The notes under the pieces: model-generated
What the model saw: the letters and a program-made list of their open reading frames with translations, nothing else
The model's database searches: none
Told to the model about the DNA's origin: nothing
Shown here: piece by piece, positions 29,834 through 38,565 of the stretch
Numbering within the stretch: the stretch's first letter is position 1
Layout of the letters: each line of letters opens with the position of its first letter
Position numbers and translations under genes: made by a program
From: Candidatus Micrarchaeota archaeon
Lineage (GTDB): Archaea; Micrarchaeota; Micrarchaeia; Anstonellales; J096
Length of the DNA: 56,257 nucleotides
Assembly (NCBI GenBank): GCA_030550115.1
Contig: JAUQPY010000013.1
Location: 1-56,257, forward strand
Direction: 5' to 3'

Positions 29834-30409
29834 ATGAATTCTAAAGATAGGGAGAAATTGAAGATAGTTAATATGGTCGCATCTGCAGATCTAAGCGTTG
29901 AGATAGATATTGATAAATTCGCCAGAACTTCTGAAAATGTAGAATACGAACCAGAACAGTTCCCTGGGGCAATAATAAGGTATACTAACCCTAGGACTAC
30001 AGTTTTACTATTCAGAAATGGTAGAATTGTTATAGTGGGTAGTAAGAGTCAAAATGATATCAAAGACACCATTGTTCAATTAGTTAATGACCTGAATGCG
30101 AGAGGGGTAATAAGAAGTAATACTACATTGACCGCAGACACAATAAAATACAACATCCCAAACTATGTAGCATTGGGGGAATTAGAATTCTCAATTGATT
30201 TGGATAATCTTCTTACTGATCCAGATCTAAACCTAGAATACGAACCAGAACAGTTCCCTGGGATAATGATCTGGATAGATAAGTATGGTTCCACAGCATT
30301 GGTTTTTAGGAATGGTAAGATCATCCTCTCAGGAAACAGAGATATTGAAAGTATGAATCGATCATTCTCCTATCTGAAAGAAGTTTTAAATAAGTATAGA
30401 TTAAAGTAA
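29834..30409 (+). CDS. tbp: TATA-box binding protein
   Basis: Two repeats NxVA...EYEPEQFPG...FRNG. Confidence 0.96.
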   Translation: MNSKDREKLKIVNMVASADLSVEIDIDKFARTSENVEYEPEQFPGAIIRYTNPRTTVLLFRNGRIVIVGSKSQNDIKDTIVQLVNDLNARGVIRSNTTLTADTIKYNIPNYVALGELEFSIDLDNLLTDPDLNLEYEPEQFPGIMIWIDKYGSTALVFRNGKIILSGNRDIESMNRSFSYLKEVLNKYRLK

Positions 30410-30413
30410 ACTC

Positions 30414-31373
30414 ATGATATACTGGATATTCGCTCTAATCCTCTTGGCAGGATGTTTGGGGGATAATAGTAGTGATGACGATACACAACCAGATCCTATT
30501 AAATTGGAATTTAAACAAGAATATAATCAAACTATTCTAAGTCTTTGGGAATCTATGCTTAATAGATCCTATAGATTTCAGGCTCTAGAGTCCATAGAGA
30601 ACAGATCTACTTATGTAGATGCAACCGTTTTAGGAGATAATTATAACATAAGGCTGGATCTATTTGGTGATGGTGGATTGGTTTATTATGCATACAAAGA
30701 CGAGAATTCATCTATATATTGTGTAGTATTGATGAATAGATTTCTGAACTGTACAGATTCTGAAATGTTGTTTAGATTGGGACTAAGAGATTATGGTTCC
30801 GAATCTGTATTTGCATATATATTCAATAGAAGTGTAGTGGATTCTGAGCGAGAGTATATAAATTCACTTACAGATTCTCCTAATATAAGCGTATCCAAAA
30901 TAGATGATGGTTATAAGGTATTTTTCAAATTGTCAGATCTTAAGATGGAAGATTTAAGAAAGTTGGGATTTAGTGTATCAGATATCACAAGAATAGATAG
31001 TATAGAGATCAATATATACTTTCAGAATTCTGGTTATCGAATAGAACAATATCAATATCTTACAAACGGTAGTATAATAAGAAAAGATAGTCAGGTGAAC
31101 GTATCCTTAGAGATATCGAATCTAGGAGATTTTGAATTGGATGAGGATAAATACAGTAAGATAATGCTAAGAGATATGATAAATGTTATGAATTACTACC
31201 TTCTTATTAAGAGTGGATACTATAGTGATGAAACAGAAATATATAAGCTGGCTGTGGCAACAGGAGTACCCGAATACTGTCTATACACTTCGAAAAAAGA
31301 TACATGCATATCCTATTATGTTCACATGACTGGAGATAAAAGAGCATGTGATTTGATTGGTATAGCTTGCTAA
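30414..31373 (+). CDS. putative lipoprotein
   Basis: Hydrophobic leader with LAGC lipobox; Cys-rich C-terminus. Confidence 0.75.
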   Translation: MIYWIFALILLAGCLGDNSSDDDTQPDPIKLEFKQEYNQTILSLWESMLNRSYRFQALESIENRSTYVDATVLGDNYNIRLDLFGDGGLVYYAYKDENSSIYCVVLMNRFLNCTDSEMLFRLGLRDYGSESVFAYIFNRSVVDSEREYINSLTDSPNISVSKIDDGYKVFFKLSDLKMEDLRKLGFSVSDITRIDSIEINIYFQNSGYRIEQYQYLTNGSIIRKDSQVNVSLEISNLGDFELDEDKYSKIMLRDMINVMNYYLLIKSGYYSDETEIYKLAVATGVPEYCLYTSKKDTCISYYVHMTGDKRACDLIGIAC

Positions 31374-32515
31374 ATATGATAGGAGGGGTTAGGGAGTATT
31401 TTGATAAGGATTACAGAAAACTAAAGTATATTCTAGATACAATAGAAAAGATATATGCTAGTTATGGTTACAGACCTTTGGAAACCTCAGTATTCGAAGA
31501 TTTGAACGTATTACTCAAAAAAGGAGGAGAGGAAATTAGAGAACAGATCTTTAGATTTGATAGAATTGGGTTAAGATTCGATCACACAGTTCCATTGATC
31601 AGATTTGCAGAAGAACACAAGGAATTACCTAGACCTATCAAAAGATATTCTATAGGAAAAGTATATAGAAATGAGGATCCTCAGAGAATGAGATACATAG
31701 AATTTATACAGGCTGATATAGATGTGGTAGGTAGTAGTAGCATATATTCTACTCTAGAGATTCTGGAGATTGCCGAACTTGTTTTGAGTTCTCTAGGATT
31801 AAGTGCACAGATCGAAGTAAATGATAGAAGGTTCTTGGATAGTGTTGTGGCTGATTTAGATGATGATCAGAAATCTTTTCTATTCAGAACAGTAGACAAA
31901 ATAGGACGATTTGGGGAGAGATGGGTGAGAGAACAGATTGAAAGAAAGGGGATTGGTATGAAGTACTTAGACATATTACTAAGATCTGATGTGGAAACTG
32001 TTAAAGATTATTCTAAAGAAGCTTATAACACTCTTATTAGAATAGGTAGAAAATTCAACCCCACATTAGTCAGAGGATTGGATTACTACACTGGAGAGAT
32101 ATTTGAGATCTCTATTGCAGGTATAAACGTTAGCGTTGGTGGTGGGGGTAGATATTCTATGTTTTCAGAGAAACATAACGTTGGAATCAGTTTAGGAGTA
32201 AGTAGATTGTACGATCTGATCGACTATAAAGATCAGATTAATAGTGTATTTATAGCTTGGATAGATGAGTTTGAGTACGCTGATTCAATAGCTAAAGAGC
32301 TTAGGAAGAGGGGTCTTGCTGTTGAAATAAACACAGAAGATAGGTCTCTCAGGAAACAACTAGAATATGCTTCTAAATACTATGGAAAATGTATTATAGT
32401 TGGTAGAAAGGAGAAAGAAGAGCAGAGTGTTGTGATAAGGGATTTAAAAAAAGGAGAACAGAATACGATATCACTGAAGGAATTATTGGAAAATTATAGC
32501 AAGTACTTTGATTAG
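31367..32515 (+). CDS. hisS: histidine--tRNA ligase
   Basis: LRFDHTVPL, YRNEDPQ..RYIEFIQAD, LVRGLDYYTG, GGGRY, anticodon-binding domain. Confidence 0.95.
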   Translation: MLNMIGGVREYFDKDYRKLKYILDTIEKIYASYGYRPLETSVFEDLNVLLKKGGEEIREQIFRFDRIGLRFDHTVPLIRFAEEHKELPRPIKRYSIGKVYRNEDPQRMRYIEFIQADIDVVGSSSIYSTLEILEIAELVLSSLGLSAQIEVNDRRFLDSVVADLDDDQKSFLFRTVDKIGRFGERWVREQIERKGIGMKYLDILLRSDVETVKDYSKEAYNTLIRIGRKFNPTLVRGLDYYTGEIFEISIAGINVSVGGGGRYSMFSEKHNVGISLGVSRLYDLIDYKDQINSVFIAWIDEFEYADSIAKELRKRGLAVEINTEDRSLRKQLEYASKYYGKCIIVGRKEKEEQSVVIRDLKKGEQNTISLKELLENYSKYFD

Positions 32516-32650
32516 TACTATTAATACACCTATAGATATAAGAGCTGTGTTTACATCTATTTTGTATCCGCTCAGTTCTTCTGCTATGGAAAACTGTAGA
32601 AATCCTGCTGAGGTAGGCATTTGGAACTGTCTCTTTTGCATCCCTCTCAT
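32483..32650 (-). CDS. secG: preprotein translocase subunit Sec61-beta (not in the ORF track)
   Basis: Manual translation MRGMQKRQFQMPTSAGFLQFSIAEELSGYKIDVNTALISIGVLIVLIKVLAIIFQ: SAG motif plus C-terminal TM. Confidence 0.75.
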   Translation of the reverse strand: MRGMQKRQFQMPTSAGFLQFSIAEELSGYKIDVNTALISIGVLIVLIKVLAIIFQ

Positions 32651-32651
32651 A

Positions 32652-33149
32652 TTAGCCTACTCTACCTGTCAGGAATAGTCTTACAGTTCTGTTACTAACG
32701 ATATCATCTGTGAATTTATAGACTATTTCAAAGGTACCATCAAATCCTGCGCCTGCGGAGAATTGAATAGGTTGGTTATTCTGATCTACACATGGAATGT
32801 TAGTTATATCTCCCGAACCTTGAGATCTGACTATAGGAGTACCTGATATTGATACATATCTCAACCCGCTAGGTGCCTGTTTACCTGAATAGCATGCTGC
32901 AGATAATACTTGAATATCTCTCTGATTTCCATTCAATAATCTTACTGAAGCGACCAGATTATTACCTGTAGAATTTTTAGTTAGGGCAAATACGTTATCA
33001 GCACATACTATGAGAGGGTTATCTGATGTACACTTTGGAGTATAAGATGTCTCTGTAAACATTCTTAATACCTGCCCTACTACTATTATCAGAAGCACTA
33101 ATGCTATAGCGAATATTACCAGATATTCTATACCTATCTGACCTTTCAT
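32652..33149 (-). CDS. type IV pilin-like protein (class III signal peptide)
   Basis: MKG|QIGIEYL followed by a long hydrophobic helix; Cys pairs. Confidence 0.85.
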   Translation of the reverse strand: MKGQIGIEYLVIFAIALVLLIIVVGQVLRMFTETSYTPKCTSDNPLIVCADNVFALTKNSTGNNLVASVRLLNGNQRDIQVLSAACYSGKQAPSGLRYVSISGTPIVRSQGSGDITNIPCVDQNNQPIQFSAGAGFDGTFEIVYKFTDDIVSNRTVRLFLTGRVG

Positions 33150-33200
33150 AAATAAATATCATTCAATATATATTTAAAACCATATGGTGTAACTATTCAT

Positions 33201-33803
33201 ATGGATGTTTTAGATATTATAAGACACAGGTATGCTGCTAAGGAATTCAATTCAGAGAAAGTTGATGATAATCAGATAAATTATATTCTAGAATCTATAA
33301 GATTAGCTCCTTCATCATACAATTTACAACCATGGAGTATTATAGTAGTATCTGATCAGAAAATCAAGGAACAATTATATGAATATAGCTATAGACAGAG
33401 GCAGATCATTACTGCTTCAGATATATTTGTATTTCTAACTGATCTGAATATAGATAGAATACTAAACGAACTGAAAGCAGCTAGGTTGGATTATGGTGAT
33501 AATCCTAATAGAGTTGATCAATACATATCTAAACTTAGGGCAGAACTCAGTACAAAGAGCAGAGAGCAGCTTAGATCATATCTAGAGCATCAGACATATA
33601 TTGCTCTAGGGTTTGCCATGTTGGCTGCAGAAAGCTTAGGGATTGCAAGCTGTCCTATGGGGGGATTTGAGGAAAGAGGATATAGAGCAGTCTTAGGGAT
33701 AGAGGAAGATTATGCTATAACTGTACTGCTGGCTATCGGATATGTTACAGATAGAAGAGATAAAAAAATAAGGAAACAGAGGGTGTTGCTAAGAAGAGTA
33801 TAA
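33201..33803 (+). CDS. nitroreductase family protein
   Basis: RYAAKEF, APSSYNLQPW, SCPMGGF, LAIGY. Confidence 0.92.
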   Translation: MDVLDIIRHRYAAKEFNSEKVDDNQINYILESIRLAPSSYNLQPWSIIVVSDQKIKEQLYEYSYRQRQIITASDIFVFLTDLNIDRILNELKAARLDYGDNPNRVDQYISKLRAELSTKSREQLRSYLEHQTYIALGFAMLAAESLGIASCPMGGFEERGYRAVLGIEEDYAITVLLAIGYVTDRRDKKIRKQRVLLRRV

Positions 33804-34754
33804 GAGAGTTAACATCTGGTTGAATTGTGCATATGGGTAGGCTCCACTAAAGAATATTCCATAATACTGAGTATTCTCCCTAACCTGTCCCTGTACTACA
33901 GTTGCAGCCTGTCTTACTCTATCTAATGTAGTTAGTTCTTTAGGGATTATCACTAGGAAGGATGGTGTTCCCGATACCCCTTGATTCATGCTCTCCATAG
34001 TATCTTTCTGAACTTTGAGTGCTGCTTCCTGGCTGTTATAGCATCTCTTAAACTCCTCTAAATCCAATCCCAGCTCTTCTGCCAACTTTGAATATCCTTC
34101 CTCATTATTCTGAATACTCTGAATATTTTGGAATAGCTTATCATGATATTCCCAGAACATACCTTGCTTCTGAGCACAATAGCTTGCTCTTGCTGCTGGT
34201 TCAGCTTTTGGATGGAAATTTAATGGAAAATGGATGTAGTAGAATCTTATCTTACCCGTATCTATCCAATTCTGCATAAGCTGCGGCATAGTAGTGTCTG
34301 CAAATCTCTTACAGAATGGACACTCAAAATCGCTGAATTCTATCATTATAATTGGGGCATTCTGACCGCCTTTCATAGGTGTATCGCTAAGATCAGGAAT
34401 AGACAGAGATTGACCTACTGTAGGTTGCTGGAGATTGTTGAGCTGTAATCTTAAATCCTCTATCTTTTCCATACCAAACATGATATACTTCAGATCCTTT
34501 GTGAAATATACGGGGAAATCTACTGATTGACCTCCTATATTTGCTGATAGATTCACTTTGAGAACATCAGATACTATCTCGTAGTTCTTTATGTTTATAA
34601 TGATAGCATCTTTAGATAATTGTGTTTGAGCTGCAATCACAGATTTTACTATATCAACAATCTCTTGCTTCTGCTGATCTGTGAGTTCATAACTGCTCTG
34701 TCCTATACATCCTAACAACACCAAAAATCCTAATATAGGTATATACTTGTACAT
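33789..34754 (-). CDS. DsbA/thioredoxin-like lipoprotein
   Basis: LLGC lipobox; EFSDFECPFC; GVSGTPSF; GAYPY. Confidence 0.9.
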   Translation of the reverse strand: MYKYIPILGFLVLLGCIGQSSYELTDQQKQEIVDIVKSVIAAQTQLSKDAIIINIKNYEIVSDVLKVNLSANIGGQSVDFPVYFTKDLKYIMFGMEKIEDLRLQLNNLQQPTVGQSLSIPDLSDTPMKGGQNAPIIMIEFSDFECPFCKRFADTTMPQLMQNWIDTGKIRFYYIHFPLNFHPKAEPAARASYCAQKQGMFWEYHDKLFQNIQSIQNNEEGYSKLAEELGLDLEEFKRCYNSQEAALKVQKDTMESMNQGVSGTPSFLVIIPKELTTLDRVRQAATVVQGQVRENTQYYGIFFSGAYPYAQFNQMLTLLYSS

Positions 34755-34808
34755 GCTTAACTATAGCTTACATCATATTTAAAAATCTTATAGGTCTATA
34801 AAAATATA

Positions 34809-34881
34809 GCTCCGATCGTCTAGTGGTCCAGGATGCTGGCCTTTCAAGCCAGCGACCCGGGTTCGAATCCCGGTCGGAGCA
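34809..34881 (+). tRNA. tRNA-Glu (UUC)
   Basis: GCTCCGA/TCGGAGC stem, CTGGC CTTTCAA GCCAG anticodon arm, GTTCGAATC. Confidence 0.96.
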
Positions 34882-34913
34882 TTTTTAAGCTTTCTAGTCT
34901 ATGCATACGATGT

Positions 34914-35126
34914 TTATCTACACACTCCTCTTATACACTTACCTGTTTCACAATCACTATCATCTATACAAGCTTGCTCTATTTTAGATATTATCCTATT
35001 ACTCTTTTCTTCTATCTTCTCTGTAGCGTTCTGAGTTGTTGATAGTATCATAGATCCAACTATCATTACAGCTGCTAGGATTAGTACGATCAGAATTATC
35101 ATTTCTAATGATACAGCTCCTAGCAT
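34914..35126 (-). CDS. small class III signal-peptide (pilin-like) protein with a Cys-rich tip
   Basis: G|AVSLE followed by a hydrophobic helix; C-terminal CIDDSDCETGKCIRGVC. Confidence 0.7.
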   Translation of the reverse strand: MLGAVSLEMIILIVLILAAVMIVGSMILSTTQNATEKIEEKSNRIISKIEQACIDDSDCETGKCIRGVCR

Positions 35127-35258
35127 AAACTAATAACATTAAATCTATTTTTAAGCCTATGGTTTACTGTTTCCATATCAAAATCTCCATAAATTATGTT
35201 ATCGATATAGCTAGGAAGATATAATCATTATTAAAAGGTTTTTCTATGGAATAGTTGC

Positions 35259-37907
35259 ATGAACAGCGTTCTAGCACTGAGTAGCTTGCTTAGCACAGGA
35301 TTATCAAAACTGGCAAAGAGAGTACCTCAAGAGCTACTGAATGATTATCTGAAGCTCCTAAACATCCTATATAATATCCCAAATCAATACAACTATGACC
35401 CTTCACTGAATGATCTGGCGTTAACTATTATGAGAGGTAAGTACTATCTCAGAGACGAGAAAGGGGAATTTCTGGAGCATCATCCTGAAGATGTCTATAG
35501 GAGAGTGGCTGCATTTATAGCTGCAATAGATAATTCTGACGCTAAGCACGAACTTGCAATTAGATTTTTTGAGTTAATGCGAAAAGGTTACTTTATACCT
35601 GGTGGGAGGGTATTAGCAGGAGCTGGAGATTTATACAGATTGAAAACACTGGCAAATTGTTTTGTATCAATTATTCAAGATGATAGTATTGAGAGTATTT
35701 ATAGAACAGCCTATGAGGCTGCAAGAACATATAGCTATGGAGGTGGTATAGGTATTGATATATCTGTTCTGAGACCGGCTGGGGCAGTAGTTCATAATGC
35801 TAGTAATACTTCTACTGGAGCTGTATCTTTTATGCAATTGTATTCACTTACCACAGGTCTGATAGGTCAGGAAGGTAGAAGAGGCGCTCTAATGCTTACA
35901 ATACACGTTAAACACCCAGATATTATGAATTTTATACTAGCAAAGAGTTTTCCCAATTATGATTCTAAAATGGCAGCAGATCTAATACGTAATGATCTTG
36001 GATTGGATGAGATTGCATATCGCAAAGTTCTTAAGAGAATCATAGAGAACTTTCAGGTTAGATATGCGAACATAAGCATTAAATTCACAGATGAATTCTT
36101 CAGTGCTCTAAATGAACAGAATGAATATGATGGTAAAATAGTGGTTTATAGAGTGAGAAATTATTCGCAAGATGAATATGAGCAAGATTATGAAACAATT
36201 CATTACAGTTACGATATCCCTAGCAAGGATATTTCAAAATACGAATTCGTTGGAGCATATAATAGCATATCAGAATTGAATTCTAGTTTGGGTTTAGATA
36301 TGAGACAGCAAGATTTGGAAGATGTGTGGAATAGAGATATATATGGGGATTATATAGTGCGAAAGGGTGAGGAAACATTTGCAATAAGATATGCAGGAGA
36401 TTTTCTAACAGTTTTCAGAAATAGAGAAGCTGGTGAGATCAGGAGAATGTACAAAGCTAGAGATATATGGAATGCATTTGTTATTGGCAACTATAACTTT
36501 GCCGAACCAGGTTTAATATTCTGGAGTAAGATGAGTAAGTATAGTAACAGTAATTATGTTGGTAGGCCTATCATAGGAACAAATCCTTGCAGTGAGGTGC
36601 CTCTAGAGGATGGAGGAGCATGTAATCTTGGGAGTATAAATCTTGTTAGATTTGTGAAAAATCCTTTCCAGACTAATGCATATATAGATTATGCACTGCT
36701 GGATGAAGTATTGAGAGATGTTGTAAGATTCATGGATAATGTTGTGGAGTGGAATATAATACTGCATCCTCTTGAAAAGCAGAGAGAAGCAAGTAGAGAG
36801 ACTAGGAGAGTAGGTATCGGTGTTATGGGCATAGCAGATATGTTTTTAGCAATGAATATTGCTTATGATAGTGACCAGGCCCTACAGCTACTTGAGGAGG
36901 TTATGTCTTTTATAGCTAATAGAACATATTTCTGGTCTGCAGAGTTGGCAAAGGAACGGGGAAGTTTTCCAGCTCTTAAAAATGTAGATCAGATTTTTAA
37001 ATCTCCATTCATACAAGAGGCCATAGATAAAAAAGTTCAGGAGCATATAAGAAAGAATGGTCTAAGAAATGTTGCTCTGTTGAGTATTGCACCTACTGGT
37101 AGTATTAGTAATATTGTAGTCAGCTTTGAAGGCGCTACTCGTGATGATGGGATGATACAAGTATATACAGGAGTATCTGGAGGGATTGAACCTATTTTCA
37201 GTTTATTCTATACCAGATATTCTGAAAATCTCAAGAGAACTTTCTATGTATTTCATTCAACTGTAAGATACTGGTTAGATGCTAGAGGAATAGATGTGAA
37301 CTCGATTGATAATGAAAAATTGATCGATGAATTGCTGCCAGAGCATTTCAAGAGAACTGCGCATAAGATAGACTGGAAGATGAGAATAAAAGTTCAAGGA
37401 GTGGCCCAGAAATATGTCGATCATAGCATAAGTTCAACTATAAATTTGCCCGAAGATGTTGATCCTGAGAAGATATCTGAACTTTATGTAGAAGCCTGGA
37501 GAAACGGACTCAAAGGAATAACTATATATAGAGAAGGGAGTAGATTCGCCATACTTAATACTGGGAATAGGAGTGAGAATCTGGAAAGATTTAAGAGTAG
37601 AAAATACAGAGTGATAACAAAAGATGGTGTGAAGGAGGTTGCAGGATTGGAAGTGTTTATAGGTAAAGACAATCGATTATATACCCCATATCATGCTCAG
37701 CTAAAAGGAGCAGATGTATTTCTAGACAATACTAGTAATTTCCTTTTCAAGGGTGATAATGGGGTTGCAAGATCAAACACAAAACAGAAGTCAGATTGGG
37801 ATAATGAGAATTTAGCAAAATGTCCTAATTGTGGAGAACATGCCCTAAGGATAGAGAATGGATGCCATACCTGTTTGAATTGTGGGTATAGTAAGTGTGA
37901 TATGTGA
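35259..37907 (+). CDS. nrdJ: adenosylcobalamin-dependent (class II) ribonucleotide reductase
   Basis: PGGRVL, ANCFV, GGGIG, GRRGA, TNPCSE, ACNLGSINL, IAPTG, SISSTINLP, C-terminal CxxC...CxxC...SKC. Confidence 0.9.
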   Translation: MNSVLALSSLLSTGLSKLAKRVPQELLNDYLKLLNILYNIPNQYNYDPSLNDLALTIMRGKYYLRDEKGEFLEHHPEDVYRRVAAFIAAIDNSDAKHELAIRFFELMRKGYFIPGGRVLAGAGDLYRLKTLANCFVSIIQDDSIESIYRTAYEAARTYSYGGGIGIDISVLRPAGAVVHNASNTSTGAVSFMQLYSLTTGLIGQEGRRGALMLTIHVKHPDIMNFILAKSFPNYDSKMAADLIRNDLGLDEIAYRKVLKRIIENFQVRYANISIKFTDEFFSALNEQNEYDGKIVVYRVRNYSQDEYEQDYETIHYSYDIPSKDISKYEFVGAYNSISELNSSLGLDMRQQDLEDVWNRDIYGDYIVRKGEETFAIRYAGDFLTVFRNREAGEIRRMYKARDIWNAFVIGNYNFAEPGLIFWSKMSKYSNSNYVGRPIIGTNPCSEVPLEDGGACNLGSINLVRFVKNPFQTNAYIDYALLDEVLRDVVRFMDNVVEWNIILHPLEKQREASRETRRVGIGVMGIADMFLAMNIAYDSDQALQLLEEVMSFIANRTYFWSAELAKERGSFPALKNVDQIFKSPFIQEAIDKKVQEHIRKNGLRNVALLSIAPTGSISNIVVSFEGATRDDGMIQVYTGVSGGIEPIFSLFYTRYSENLKRTFYVFHSTVRYWLDARGIDVNSIDNEKLIDELLPEHFKRTAHKIDWKMRIKVQGVAQKYVDHSISSTINLPEDVDPEKISELYVEAWRNGLKGITIYREGSRFAILNTGNRSENLERFKSRKYRVITKDGVKEVAGLEVFIGKDNRLYTPYHAQLKGADVFLDNTSNFLFKGDNGVARSNTKQKSDWDNENLAKCPNCGEHALRIENGCHTCLNCGYSKCDM

Positions 37908-38359
37908 ATATGATGATCAATCGAAAGGATCTAATCCAAATAAACGAGCATATGATGAAACATCTAGATCATAAGACTATCCAAGAGGGTTATGGAAAAT
38001 TTAAAGAGAGATATGAATATTTATTAAAGAATTTCTCCCCTGATATCGCTAGATTAGAGGAATTGTGGAGAGAAATAAAGAGGATCCAAGAGCATAGAAG
38101 GCATTATATAGCATTGGAGTTTGAAGTTTCTCCTGATAATAATCTCAGGATGATGTTGGAATTCCATAACAGATATACAAAAGAATTACTCATCAAATTC
38201 TATCCAGATAGAGGGAAGGAGTTTGTAGAGAATGAATTAAGAGAATATATAGAAAGTAGAAATCGCATAGAATTATTCGACGCATATTTTATGCTATTCC
38301 AGTATGCTATATCAGATGCTAATATAGTATTTCTGTTAGATAGATTCACTTTTAAATGA
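37904..38359 (+). CDS. hypothetical protein coupled to nrdJ
   Basis: GTGA overlap with the nrdJ stop; 151 aa. Confidence 0.65.
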   Translation: MNMMINRKDLIQINEHMMKHLDHKTIQEGYGKFKERYEYLLKNFSPDIARLEELWREIKRIQEHRRHYIALEFEVSPDNNLRMMLEFHNRYTKELLIKFYPDRGKEFVENELREYIESRNRIELFDAYFMLFQYAISDANIVFLLDRFTFK

Positions 38360-38379
38360 ATTTTTAATCAAAAAATTTC

Positions 38380-38546
38380 AACAGAGGGGGAGGGGGGTCA
38401 CTTCCAAGTTTGATGGGGGGAGATAAACAGTTGCGCGCATTTGTAAATTTTACAAAATTATTATTAAAAAACTCCATTTTTACAAAAATTGTTTCATTTC
38501 AAATCAAGGGTCTTTGATTTTGGAACTGACCCCTCCCCCCTCCGCC
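38380..38546 (-). other. intergenic element with GC-rich ~27-bp imperfect terminal inverted repeats (candidate structured RNA, MITE or origin)
   Basis: AACAGAGGGGGAGGGGGGTCACTTCCAA ... TTGGAACTGACCCCTCCCCCCTCCGCC around an AT-rich core. Confidence 0.55.
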
Positions 38547-38565
38547 GTAATTTTTAAAATAAAAT

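Noticed and set aside
34833..35042. ORF 34833..35042
   Set aside because: It overlaps tRNA-Glu and is antisense to the mini-pilin gene.
36100..36460. Intein in nrdJ
   Set aside because: No Cys/Ser start with a His-Asn end, and no LAGLIDADG motifs in the insert.
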